Shown here: positions 11,753-24,971 of the stretch, piece after piece
How the letters are laid out: every line of letters starts with the position of its first letter
How positions within the stretch are numbered: position 1 is the first letter of the stretch
NCBI GenBank assembly: GCA_038087875.1
Contig: CM075983.1
Coordinates: 20,150,001 to 20,214,000, forward strand
Source: Malacoraja senta
Taxonomy: Eukaryota
Length of the DNA stretch: 64,000 nucleotides
Reading direction: 5' to 3'
Program-made: the position numbers and the translations under genes
The notes under the pieces: generated by a model
Told to the model about the DNA's origin: nothing
The model's database searches: none
Seen by the model: only the letters and a program-made list of their open reading frames with translations

Positions 11753-14430
11753 CCCTAATCATCAGTCCATGCCTAACCAAATTCTGGTAGATTCTATCCC
11801 TAGGAATTCCCTCCAACAAGTTTCCCGACCACTGTCAGAGTGGTGTTCCAATAGAAAGTGTGTTGGAGATGGAAGATGCTCAATGGAGAAGACTGGAGGG
11901 CTGAGGAGAGTAGATCGGGATTGCTGTGGAGTTGAATGGAAGTGATCAGGGCAGCGGAAGGGTTGTCAAATCAAATCAGGTTTATTGTCATATGCACAAG
12001 TAAAGTGAGGTACAGGTGCAAAGAAAACCTTGCTTGCAGCATGACAGGCACATAGACTCAGACATTCGCACAAAAACATAGAGTATACATAAATTATACG
12101 ACAGCAAAAAGGAAAAACACATGGCAAAAACAAGATAGTGTAAAAACACAATTAGAACCACAAGTACATGGTAGTGCAAGAGGTAGTCCATAGACTACTG
12201 TTACTCAGGTAGGATTAGGCTTGTGTAGATCAGTTAAAAAACCTGATAGTTGTAGGAAAGTAGCAGTTCTTGAACCTGGTGATGTGGGACGTTAGGTTTC
12301 TGTTCTTTGGGTAGCAGCGAGAAAAGAGCATGGTCTGACTAGTGGGGGTTGTAGATGATGGATGCCACATGTAGATGTTTTTGATTGTGAGGAGAGGTGC
12401 GCACAATATGGACCTTGAAGAGGGGCAACTGGTGTCCCCCAAGCTGCACCCAGATAGACCCCTCACATTCAATCAATGCCAGAACAGTAGCAACTAAACT
12501 ACCTGGTTAACAGCTTGGGCTTTTGAGCACTGTGCTGTTCACTGGCTTTGCATAGATGCTATAGGTGGCAAAACCAGTGTGCTGCACAGTTTGACTTTAC
12601 TGCACAAGCCCAGTGGCCTCTGTGCACGAGTGCAAGGAAGCCCTAGATTGCACAACCAGATGTTTCAGTTCAAAATGTCCATTTATTACCTAAACGCATT
12701 GATGTAATTTCTAAGCCCGGGTTCTCCACTATGACTTGGATTCTACATAAACAAGAATAAGTTGGAAGAGAACTCTTCACTATCATTAAAAAGCAAAATT
12801 CATTCTACATGGGTGATTAAGCCCAAATTAGTACTGAATATATTCACTTTCTGCTTTGGCATAAAGGATTAGCAGAGATACTTAAATCTTCTTGGCTCAG
12901 GTACAACTTATACATCACTCGCAACTAGCAAACAGACTTTATCCAGCAACAGCATAGGGATGAAAACCTGCACTTACAGAACAAAGGAGAATGTGTCCCG
13001 TCTGAGAGAAGAATATTGTCTTGTCATGGAATGATTTAAATACAAAGCAGTGGAATTCCACTCCCGTTCTGCGCAAGTGAACTGTTGCACCTTTTAAGAA
13101 AGCAGTGTTGCTATGGTAATGTGCCTGAAAGATACCTTTCCACTTCCGTCAGGGGGAGGAGAGTGACACAGAAGGAGGATACAAAGGCTTCTGTTATTAC
13201 ACAATGCCATGCGGCTATTGTTTGATAAAATACTTCTTAATGATGTGTGTGTATGGCAGTGCCTACACTATTTATTCCAATACCACTACGCTGGCTACAA
13301 AATATTATATAGTTTAGATTAATGATGTAAAGTCAGAACAGAGTTGTACTGATTATGGAAGTTCTTTTTTTTTAATGAATGCTAATCAAAACGTCACCCA
13401 GATTCCACTCAAGCCTTGTTTGATGATTGATGTGGCTTGAATGAAACCTTCATAAATAAATACCGTTGATATTTTGCAATTATTTTACCTAAAATATGAA
13501 GTACAGGACATTCTTGGCAGGTTAAGCAGCATCTGGGCAGCATTTAAGGCAGTGATAGATAGATTCTTGATTAGTACGGGTGTCAGGGGTTACGGGGAGA
13601 AGGCAGGAGAATGGGGGTTAGGAGGGAGAGATAGATCAGCCATGATTGACTGGTGGAGTAGACCTGATGGGCCAATGATCTGCGGAGAGATAAGCAGATA
13701 ATACTTCAGGTCAATAATTTGCCTTCTGCGGTTTCTTTGATTTTCGATGCTTCTCACTTGTACTAGTTTCACTGCGTGGCTACACAAAGTGAGCATTGCC
13801 CATTCCAGCTCACGTAAATATAATGCTACTCAGTGCATTTCAACATTTGCAGCTAATTTCTAACTAAGTAGCACCTTGTGTCTATTTTTTTCCCCTTGAT
13901 AGCCTGTTTTCTTTAAGACCTGAGAACTGAACAACACAGGAGGAGGAGGTCAGCTGCTGGCTTCTGCCTTTGCCAGCTCTTGGAAAGAGCTCAACAATTT
14001 GTCTCACTCCGTTGCTCTTTCCCCCCCCCCCCCAAAAAAGCAAGGAAAGGATGCCAGGTTTTCTTCTCTAAAGAACAAAAAGGAACCAGATGGGTTTTTA
14101 CAACAATCTGGTTCTTTCATGAACACGATTATTGATGCTAGTATTTCATTCCAGATTTATTTAATTAACCAAATTTAAATTGCCGAGCGGCCTTAGCTGG
14201 ATTTTAATTTGTGTTTCCACATCAGTAGGTGAGATCCCTGGAGTTCTAGTCCACTAATCTAACCATTAAGCTACTTTTTTCCCCTCCAGTTACTGATTAC
14301 CCAGCCAATGGAAATAGTTCTCCTTTTGCCTCATAAAATCCCCATCATAATTTTGAAAATGGCTGTAAATCTCCTGCCATCCTCTCCATTGCAAGAGGAA
14401 TAATGCCAACTTGTCGATTTATTCCATATA

Positions 14431-15304
14431 CCGGTTTACCACCGATTATCAGGCAACTGATGGTCCACGTCCTTTAATCCAAACAAAATCACGAGAGCGC
14501 TTTTGGAATCTCCCCCGAAAGTCCCCCCGAAAATGAGGCGCCAAGGTCGGGTGAGGCGGTTGATCTCCACCTCATCGGGATTTCTGTAACCAATCGACTG
14601 GGTCGAATTTTCCCCGCTGCGGCCGGGGTTCTGGAACTCCGGCCCGGCAGGAGCCGGTGGCTCCATTGCCTTAGCCGTTTTCCGAGACCGACTTTGCAGG
14701 CAGGTATCTTGGTCCCCCGGAGGCCTATGCGGACCATTCCAGTACCGTTGAACTCTTCTCGAAGGCCCACCTCAGCCAGCATGGAGCGGCGAGCGTGCCT
14801 GCTCTACTGCATTTTTGGCAGATTTGGCAAATCTCGGTTCAGCGGAGATTGGCGCAGCAGTCCTGTTGGGAAAGCAGCGCCTCAACTTCAAAGGCAGCCG
14901 CTGATCCAACTCTCATCGGGACTTCTGAGAGTAACTCGTAAACCCAGGCTGCCCATGCAAGAAATACAGATCCAACTGTAAAATCAATTTACATTTAATA
15001 TTTATTTTATTTAGGTTTCTAGCAATCCATGGTGCTTTAGGGACATGGTCATAAGGAATAGGAGTCAAATTAGGCCATTTGGCCCATCAAGTCTACTCCG
15101 CCATGCAATCATGGCTGATCTATCTCTCCCTCCCAACCCCATTCCCCTGCCTTCTCTCCATAACCTCTGACACCCGACATGGGAGTGGTATAATTAGTGG
15201 ATCAGAGGTTGTATCATTATTACCTGAGCTCTATTGGCCTAGCACATCGGATAATACAGCAATGCTCTTGTACCAAGGGAGCCGGAAAATCGATGGTGGA
15301 CCTG
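14431..15304. mobile_element. Tc1/mariner (Tigger/pogo-like) non-autonomous DNA transposon, copy 1, with an internal CR1-tail insert at ~15045-15180
   Basis: Right TIR GCCGGAAAATCGATGGTGGACCTG|TA, degenerate left TIR after TA. Body is homologous to 33547-33947 and 39605-40033. Confidence 0.7.
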
Positions 15305-18300
15305 TATCTGACGTCTTCCATCCTTGTCATTGTGGAGTATAAATGTGTAGGTGGTAGTATTCTTTTGCTACACTTCCTACCTTACCACACTTCAATTTCA
15401 CTCTCCTCTCTGTGAGAGAAAGTTAGCGATGAGGTGTTAAACAAATCAGGTAGATTACCGTACTTAAAAGGGATAATGCTTGAAGTCAGCGTGTGATACA
15501 CCAAGAAAGAAAGGGATCTAGAAGTGTGCAAATGGGGATAACAGAAGCAATGCCCATGAATGCTCTCAGTACTTTTGGTCGGAAATTGTCAGAGGTTATT
15601 GAGTTTAGAAAGCTTTAAAATATCCAATGAAAATAGTTCAATTTATTTTGCTCTCGTTCCATATTCTTCTTCTCTGCTTTATTGGCAGTTTATCCTCCTC
15701 CTTTAAAACACCTTAAACTTTGAACCACAAAACATATGTATTTTAATGGAAAGTTTCTCTTTGAAACTTTGAAACTTATTGCCTTACCCCTCCCTTGATA
15801 TTTTGTTAGTAATGGTTCCATGTAACTGCCTCCCAGACATCTGTTTCCATATCTGTCCAGTGTGCTGAGTTGTGTGTTGCTGGAAGAAATCCTTCTTGAT
15901 TTGGGCAGCACAACAAAAAGAGACTTCAAAACTTGTGCCAAACATGGCAAGCAATATTTTACAAGTTAAGTGCATTGTCCAGATGGCTCCGGCACACAAA
16001 ATATTATGCTCGGGAAGATATAAACTCTGCACTACATATGGAAACCAGGAAAAGAATGGTCTACTGATTGGAGGGATAGCAGAAGAAAGAATTAAATTAA
16101 AATGATCTTTGAAGCAGCAGGGAAAAGAGGTTAAATTAAATACTTTTATATTGAGAACTATCAGAACATGCGGTGGGGCAGTTATGCAGCCATCCCCAAG
16201 CAGGTTTTTAAAATCCCAGACTTAACAGAAACAGCGTGAGTCCAGGACTAGCACTGTGTGTTAAGTCTGGGGCTTTTAAGTCCGTCTCTTGGATCCTATA
16301 ACAGATCAAACCTGGTGTTTGATCAGAGGTCACATTCATTTGGTTAGGAATGTGGATTTGGACGTTGGAAAAATTAAGTGACTTTTCAAAAAAAACTTTC
16401 AGATTAATATTTTATTAATTTTTGTGGACCTTTTAAAAAGTTTTCAAATTCCTTTCTTTAAAATATATGACATATAGTATTTTTAAAGAGCTTTTGAGTT
16501 TGAGTTTTTCAGTTTGAGTTTAGCTCATGGGCAAGTGTACCGAGGTACGATGAAAAGCTTTTGTTGGGTGCATGATTACAACCGAGCCATCCGCAGTGTA
16601 CAGATACATGATAAAGGGAATAACATGAATAAGATTTAGTTCAAGATTATGCCAGTAAAGTTCGATCAAAGATAGTCTAAGGGTCTCCAATGAGGTAAAT
16701 AGTAGTTCAGAACTGCTCTCTAGTTGTGGTAGGACGGTTCAGTTGCCTGAAAACAGCTGGGAAGAAATGGTCCCTGAATCTGCGGGGTTTGAACATTTAA
16801 TTGCTGTTAGAAAGCTTCTTGGCTTTAACAGGAGACACAGTTCAGCCTACTTCCTTTCATCCTGTGGGGTTGGGTCACGGTAGAACACTACCTAAGGTCT
16901 ACACAACCGAGGCCTTGCTTTGCTTCTGCACTCACCTCCGGTTGACAGAGAGACGGCAAAATTCTCCTTTCACAGCTCGCGAGAATGGATTTGTTCCATT
17001 CTTTTCCTTCCTGAGGAAAAGGAATATTTAAATGTAACAAAATTCAATGGAGAATAGCAGACAGGAAACAAGGTAATAGTGTTGATTTTGGATCTGTGTA
17101 GAAACGAGTTGACGCACGCAATGGACCACACTGTGCGTACGATACGATACTGTATGTCGTGTTGTTACTTGCGAGCGGAGCACCAAGGCAAATTCCTTGT
17201 ATGTGTACATACTTGGCCAATAAACTTTTTCATTCATTCATTCATTCATTCATAAAGCGACTTTGAGTCCTGAAAAGCGCTATATAAATAAAATCTATTA
17301 TTATTATTATTATTATTTATTCTTTTTCAACGGGGTACTGATTTGGGATGATCAGCCATGATCACATTGAATGGCGGTGCTGGCTCGAAGGGCCGAATGG
17401 CCTACTCCTGCACCTATTATCTATTGTCTATTGTCTATTGTCTATTGTCTATTGTCATTCATTCATCCCCGGAGGGAAATTGGTCTGCTGACAGTCACAA
17501 CACACAAGGTACACAAAATGTCAAACGACTGTTGGCTGGCTGCCGTGTGCACAGCGCCTTCACCGGTACAAATGAACAAACAAGCAAACAAACACAGGCT
17601 TATCCCCTGGGCAGATGATTCTAAACTAAAGTGCCGTCCCCCACCCCCCCACACTGGGTCCCCCTTTGTACTTCCACCATCCCCCCACGCCGGGTCCCCC
17701 ATTGTCTTCCCCTCCCCCCTCACACACATCGAGGCCCACGTTGCTGCCGAGGCCCATGCTGCCGCCGAGGCCCATGCTACCGCCGCCGAAGCCCCACTGC
17801 TGCCAAGGCTCCTGCTGCCACCGCCGATTCTCCTGCAGCCGCCGCTGAGGCTCACATCGCTAGCACCGCTGAGGCTCCTTTGACCCAAACAGGCCTCGTT
17901 GCCCGGCTTCACTGCAGTCCCCTAGGAAACCTGTGGGGCGAGTCAGGCCTACCAGGGCGCGTTACGGTCTTCGGTCATCATTCTGTTCGGTGGCGGCGCG
18001 GTTGTTCAGCAGGTGGATTGGGCCTGCGCGGCTCCCCGGGACTCTCCCGCCGCATGCACTGCAGCAGGTAGTAACTTACCCCTTACGGTTACCACTGACT
18101 ACGATACGATACGATACGATGCAATACGATAAGCTAACATGGTAAGTCAGCAGCAGTAGGTAGTAACTTATCCGTCACGGTTATTTGGCCCATCGAGCAC
18201 TTTTCTGATAATGGGTGTATATAATTTAAGTCACAGGTGCCCCTTTATTTATGTAACCCGAGGCAGTTAAATTAACAAGTAAATGTTGAAAGAATGGAAA

Positions 18301-19191
18301 CTTTTTAAACTCACCCAGATGCTAAAATTAATGACACAATTCCAGGATGGACATTCAAAACCTACCATTATTTATTATTCTTACTTCATGGTGGTGTATA
18401 GGATGTAGAGGCAACTCTCTTCTTAAAATGAGGTTACAATAATTGTTACAATAACACAAGAAATAATTAAATATTAGGTTTAAAAACAGAGATAAAAATT
18501 GTGTTAAAGACAGTTTTGAAATCAACAATTTCACAAGTACTACCAAAACCACTTCAAAATAATTAAATAACTGACCCCAGAAACTGATCGGTACACTTCA
18601 TTCTGATACTTACTTTTACTTTTGTTTTAGAGATACAGCGTGGAAATAGCTGATTTCATGCTGACCAATGTTCACCGGTACACTAGTTCTATCACACTAG
18701 AGACACACCAGGGACAATTTACACAAGTCAATTAACCTACAAATCTGTACGTCTTTGGAATGTGGGAAGAAACCGGAGCACCTGGAGATAACCCACGTGG
18801 TCACAGAGAGAACGTGCGAACAGACTCAGTACACTATTGAACCCTGTTCTGATGCTGTTAGAAAGCGACTCCACCGCTGCACTATTGTGCTGCCCGAATA
18901 TTGATAGTGACTGCGAACAGTGCAATACCAAAGCTAATTGGGTTTACTCATAATGTTGGCATGGTTGAAATTCAGTGAGTTCCTCATACACCAGTGATGC
19001 AGAGTAACTTATTCTAAATTCTGAACTGACCATTCATCCTGCCCAGAGTGGTCTGCAAACTTATTTTAGAGAGCTTATTACTTTGCTATTTAAATTATAG
19101 TCAGAGATGATCCAGGATGCTTGTTTGGGCTAACAGATTGGAACTTGACCTGTAGCTTGTACAGAGGATGAAGCTGCTCCAGGATGGTTTA

Positions 19192-19427
19192 AGGGCCTGT
19201 CCCTTGTGGCAATTTTTTCGGAGACTGCTGGCATCATATCAGTGTCGCCAGAAGATTTAGAACATTTCAAAATCCAATGGCGACAAAAAAAATGTCGCGA
19301 CACTTGAAATGTTGCGACACGATCACGCCGCGTCACGCCGCATCAAACCGCGAATTTTTCGGTGACCTGATTCGTCAGTCAATGATGCCGGCAGTCGCGG
19401 GAAAAATCGCCAAGTGGGACAGGCCCT
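19192..19427. mobile_element. PIF/Harbinger-type MITE
   Basis: TIRs AGGGCCTGTCCC / GGGACAGGCCCT with a perfect TTA TSD; internally palindromic. Confidence 0.88.
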
Positions 19428-19979
19428 TTACCGTTAGGTTGGGATTTGAGTTGCTAGATTTACATAGTTATTTGCAACAACAATACTTGAATAAGCATTC
19501 CAAGTTTGTAGCTCTTAACTTGTATTTAGCCCTATGAGCTTGTGGTGCATTTTGTTTAAATATGGATCCTGTAGCTGCATTGCATAAAAGTGGACATACA
19601 CCCTCTCCCCTCTGTATCCCAGCTACCACTCATGGAGGTCCAATGATTTATTTGAACAGCAGAACCATTCTTGGAACATAGTTTCCTCTGATCAAACAGC
19701 CAAAGCAACAATTAAACAAGAACAGGATTTAAAAAAGGGAATTAAGATGCTTATTGGCACTCCATAAAACTGCCAGTGTTCTGAGTGCAGCAAGAATCAT
19801 CAGATCTGATAATATGGCACAGGAGACTGTTAATAATCTCCTCAACCATTGGAGGATAACAATTAAAACAGGACCTTGAAGAGATGCCATAAACCAATGG
19901 AAACAAAAGTGAACTGTGAAAGCTTCTCCTAGGATTATATAAGATAATTGGGTCAAACAGCAGAGTCATAGTGCACCGA

Positions 19980-21170
19980 GCAAAATCCAAACTGCTGGAG
20001 GAACTTAGCGGGCAAGACAGTATCTGTGAAGGGAATGCACAGACTACCTTGTGGGTCGGGACCCTTCTTCAGACTGATGGGGTGTGCGGAGAAAGCTGGC
20101 AAAAGAGAGGTGGGAGTGGAGCGAAGCTTGTCAAAGGCGATGCGGAGGATGCTGGACAAAGGGCCCCATGACAGGAACCGGGGTGGGGGGAACTTACATG
20201 CCGCGCCCTCGAGGTCGGCTGATGGAGGCGTCCCAGCACCACCCGTCCCACCTCCCCCCACTCCCAGGAAACGATGGCTGAAGAGAGCCAGGTGTGGAGA
20301 GGGACGACGGTTCGTGGAATGGCCAGAATGGAGGAGGAGACGGCTTTCAAAAAAACGTATTTCATTGTACCTGATAAACGTGACAATAAAGAAACCATTG
20401 ACCATCGAAGTGATAGGTGGATTCAGGTGGGGGTGTTTGGCAGATGGGTGACATAAGTGACAGAGGGTTAAGCAGAATAGGAGACAAAAGGGTGTCAGAT
20501 AAAGAAAGAAGGGATGCTTAGAGATTTCAAGCCAGAGGGAGTGATATGGGTGGAATGGGACAGGGGAGAAGTGAACAAGGGGATATACAGTAAAAGGGGA
20601 TTTGGGACAGGGGCGGGACATGAATGTATGGAGTAGGGGAATGGACCAGGATAACCAGAGTGATGGGAGATGATGGGAGAAATGTGTGCGCACCTGGGTA
20701 GTTGTGGGAGCAAGGGCAGGGGAATGGCAGGGGGGTGGTAGGAAGCTATTACAGAGGGGTGTTGGGAAGATTCATACCATTGAGTTGCAAATTGCTCAAG
20801 GGGAATATGTGGTGCTGTTCTTCCAGGCTGTATGTAGCCTTGCTCTGGCAATGGATAAGGCCAGGGACAGAAAGGTCAGTATGATAATGGAAAGTGGAGT
20901 TAAAATGGTTGTAACTGGGATCCCCAGCAAGCCTCGGCAGACAGAATGCAAGTGTTCAGCAACATGATTGCCAAGTGTACACTTGCTTTGGCCAGTGTAA
21001 AGGAGGCCACAACTGGAGCACTGACTGCAAGTAGATGAGATTTGAAGAGATACACATGAACCTCTGACTCACCTGGAAGGGCTACAGCGAAGTGAGGGAG
21101 GAGGTGTGAGAACAAGTGTTGCATCTCCTGAGATTGCAGAGGAAAGTGTCACATAAAGTGCCCCCTATGA
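19980..21170 (-). mobile_element. Decayed Penelope-like retroelement (Neptune-type): Zn-finger linker, GIY-YIG endonuclease, 3' UTR and pLTR with a degenerate hammerhead
   Basis: Hand translation of the minus strand gives TFLCNLRRCNTC, FQVSQRFMCISSNLIY/(+1 frameshift)CSQCSSCGLLYTGQSKCTLGNHVAEHLHSV and LEEQHHIF..NLQLNGMN. It ends in CATCAGTCTGAAGAAGGGTCCCGACCC..., shared with the short repeats. Confidence 0.85.
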
Positions 21171-21404
21171 CAGGTACATGGAACTGAGGAGGTGGCATCC
21201 TGGGAAGAAGCATTGATTTTGTGTTTGCATCCAGCCCACCAGTGAGGACTGTGACCAGCTCCAACAACACCCTGGCATGTTGAGGTGCTGTAAACATGCT
21301 CAAGGTCATAGCTTAGGACTATCTGCTGTGTCCATCACTGCCCATCTACTGACCACTCCTCCCTATTCCATTACCCCAAGTAGCATACAGTGGTTACTGA
21401 GGAA

Positions 21405-21690
21405 GCAGCACAGTGGCACAGTGGTGGAGTTGCTGGCTTACAGCAAAAGAGACCCGGGTATGATCCTGACCATGGTTGCTATCTGTACGGAATATGTACT
21501 TTCTCCCTGCGACCATGTGGGCTTTCTCTGGGTGCTCCGGTTTCCTCCCACATTCCAAAGACGCACTGGTTTTGTGGGTTAACTAGCTTTGGTAAATTGT
21601 AAAATTATCCCTAGTGTATGTCTATTAGCGTACATGGTGATTGCTTGCTTGCGCGGACTCGGTGTGCTGAAGAGCCTGTTTCCGCTAAAG
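21405..21690 (+). mobile_element. V-SINE (HE1-like)
   Basis: Same head and V-domain as 52440-52754. Confidence 0.85.
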
Positions 21691-21721
21691 AACCTGTTTC
21701 CGCTAAAGCCTGAAGAGGACC

Positions 21722-21845
21722 ATTCTCTGCCCTTTCTCTGCCCTTTCTCTGCCCTTTCTCTGCCCCTTCTCTGCCTCTTCGCTGCCTCTTCTCTGTCCCT
21801 TCTCTGCCCCTTTTCTGCCTCATCTCTCTTTTCCACCCTCCTGTC
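21722..21845. repeat. (TCTCTGCCCT)n-like low-complexity repeat
   Basis: Directly visible. Confidence 0.85.
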
Positions 21846-23283
21846 CTAATTACGACAGAACCTCTCGCAAGCACACAGACAGCAGAAACATTTCGGCAAA
21901 CACCAGTGGTCTGATTCATCCCATTTCCTGCTGCAGCATGCTGTGTATGTGTTCATAGATTGACCTCCAGAGACTTCTATGGATAATTCTTGTCACCCCG
22001 TAATATTGCATCGCTGCACTTTGGAGGAACAACGGCAGCTGGGAAAACAGACAGACATGAAATGGATGTGGATCATGGAAATGTATTGTAATGAAGAAGG
22101 CCGTTCAGCCTACTGTGTTCAGCAAACTGCTGCAGAGCCCTTCAGTGGTGACAGCATCGCTCCCTGTGGACTACTTCAGCTTGAAACAATAGAAAGCACT
22201 GGGCACATGAAGGTTTAAACAGCTAGAGGAAATTAATCAGAAACTGTGGGGGTGTCTTTCTACTAATGAACACATGGTTTCTGTTCAGGGTTAAGGGAGC
22301 ATGTTGACTGGAGGAAGGAACTCAAAACAGCAGCGCTGGCATGGGATCAGTATTATTGACTAAGGTGTATTTTGGGCAGACATGCACTGTGCACTCTCAC
22401 ATGCCTTCGCACCCCATTGAAACAATTCACCACCAGAAAGTGTGTGCATCAAATACTGAGCTCCCAGGACATCTGCAGTACCCAAACACTAGGTGCTTAA
22501 TGTGACAATATCTCACCAATATATGTTGAAATAAGACAAAGAGCTTTATGATATATGCAAGGTTCAAGAACAGAGAGAATATTATACTTCGTGGGATATC
22601 CTGCACGCTTTCTGCCATTTTCACTGGCATCAGCGAGATTGTTATTAGTTTATTATTGTCACGTGTACTGAGGTACAGTGAGAAGCTTTTTGCTGCATGC
22701 TATCCAGTCAGTGAAAAGACTATGTACATGATTACAATCAAGCCATCCACAGTGTACGATACAGGATAAAGGGAATAAAGTCAGATTAAAGATAGTTCAA
22801 AGGTTTCCAATGAGGTAGGTCAGGACCGTTGTCTAGTTGGTGAAAGGATGGTTCAGTTGCCTCATAAGAGCTGAGAAAAAACTATCCAAAAATCTGGAAG
22901 TATGCTTTTTCAACTTCTGTGCTTTTTGCCTGATGGGAGAGGAGAGAGATGGCCGGTTCTCAGTTCCATGACAAATGTTCCTCCATTTTAAATGGATTGG
23001 GGCCATGAGTCAATGAGGAAGTTATAAGTACATATGAAGACACTAAGCATATCCTTGAAGTGTTTTCTCAGTCATGTAAATGTCTTGCTCAGACAGAGAT
23101 CGGAGTTGAATACATGTTTCAGGGATCTGGTGCGGGATGTGAGGGAGATATGGCCTGTTCATCATAGCTGGCTGAACATCGGAGCGCCAGTGGTGTGCAT
23201 GTTGGTCTGGGAGGGTATGTTGACCTGCAAAAAGAGTTTAAGAGCTAGAAGGAGGACAGAAAATATCTAAAAATATCTGAGAG

Positions 23284-23570
23284 GGCAGCACAGTGGTAGA
23301 ACTGTTGCCGTACAACACCAGAGAGCCAGGAGGGATCCTGACTATGGGGGCTGTCTGTATGGAGTTTGTACGTTCTCCCCGTGACCACGTGGGTTTTCTC
23401 AGGGTGGTCTGGTTTCCTCCCACACTCCAAAGAAATACAGGTTTGTAGGTTAATTGGCTTTGGTAAAATTGTAAGTTGTTCCTCGTGTGTACGGGATGAT
23501 TGCTGGTCAGCGCGGATGCGGTGGGGCGAAAGACCTGTTTCCGTGCTGTATCTCTATAGTCTGGAGTCTA
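23284..23570 (+). mobile_element. V-SINE (HE1-like)
   Basis: Head GGCAGCACAGTGGTAGAACTG, V-domain and tail. Confidence 0.85.
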
Positions 23571-23721
23571 AAGAAGAAATAAAGGAGAAAAAGAATTAGC
23601 AGCCAACATTGAGGGAAACCCTAACATGTGGACAGTTACATGAAGTGTGGGGACGATGTGTCCAAAAATAAGAGAATCTTATAGGGACAGGGCATGGTTG
23701 ATTATACTAGGTAACACCAAG

Positions 23722-24413
23722 CAGGGGCATAAATCCCGGGATGGACTAGGTGGGACACGTCCACCCCTGTTTTGAAAGGTGGGGGGATGATCCCCCCCAT
23801 TTTTCGTAATCCGGATTTTAAAACTCGATGAAAAGAAAACCTGTTAAAAATCTCCGCTTTCCACGAGACAATGGGGGTGGGACTGATGATCGAGGGCGCC
23901 GATTGGACGAGAGAGACGTCGGTCAGCAGGCAGTAGGGGAGGGGGGACCATGATGATCCAGCACGATGATTGGAGGAGGGAGGTGTCAGTCAGAGGCAGA
24001 AGTAGGGGGGTGGGATTGAGGTGATTGGAGGAAGGAGACGTCATGGTGGAGCAAAGATCAGAGCGGAGCTTGAATCAGCCCGTTTGCGGGGCTTTTCATC
24101 GCCCAGCCCGGCGCAGCTTAAAATGGGCCATGGGATCTTCCACCACCCCTGCGTCGAGGCGATCGAGGCTCCCAATGTTGAAGCCCCCGCCGGGTGATGA
24201 AAGGCCCAGCGAATGGGCCGATTGAAGCCCCACGATTCGGGGCGGACGAAGCTGTTGTTGCCGGAGTTCGGAGTTGGTCACCATCCACGTCAGTTGCCGA
24301 TGTTACCGGCCACAGGGCCCATGGCCCAAACCTCATGTGTGTGCGCAAGCGCGTGCGGCCGCCAAGAAATTATCCCCCCCCCCCCCTTGTTTTGACAGCG
24401 ATTTCCGTGCCTG
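23722..24413. mobile_element. hAT-type non-autonomous DNA transposon
   Basis: Perfect 8-bp TSD ACACCAAG (23714-23721, 24414-24421). Imperfect TIRs CAGGGGCATAAATC / GATTTCCGTGCCTG. Confidence 0.75.
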
Positions 24414-24971
24414 ACACCAAGTGTAACTTGTCCTGACCTGGCCATTTGACAGCATCATGGCCCTGTTACCATTATGGGGTGGGTTTCAGCAGCAAGTTGG
24501 CACCTGAACTTCTGGCCAGGGTACAGATCATAATGTTACATGGCAAGTCAGGGCAGGTCACCACTGGCAGTAGGTTCAAGCCCATTGTCTGCTAATAAAT
24601 ATCAACTGAGCAGGCCAGGACAAGTTCCTCAAAGGCAAGGTGTGTTCAGCCTTTTGAATAGGGGCGTAATGAGATTGTTATAGTTAAAATGTTCTATATA
24701 TGGACTTAACAATAGTTGTTTGACCAAGTGCAACTTGATAGCGAGACTTTGGCAATGTGTTATAAAATTGGTTGAGAAGAAGAGAGCAAAGAAACAGAGG
24801 CAGATACAAGGAATTGCAAATGCTGGTTTACAAATAAAGACACAAAGTGCTGGAGGAACTCAGCGGGTCAGGCAGCATCTCTGGAGGACACGGATTAGTG
24901 ATGTTTTGAGTTGGGACCCTTCTTCAGAAACAAGTTGTCTTTCAGGTGTGTTAAGAGATGTTCCATATACT

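Noticed and set aside
17371-18145. 170-aa and 146-aa Pro/Ala-rich ORFs
   Set aside because: They start in a CR1 tail microsatellite and run through GC-rich low-complexity repeats. No domain or splice support.
19953-20693. 246-aa minus-strand ORF
   Set aside because: It spans the pyrimidine-rich PLE 3' UTR and a nested insert. The real PLE coding remnant lies upstream in other frames.
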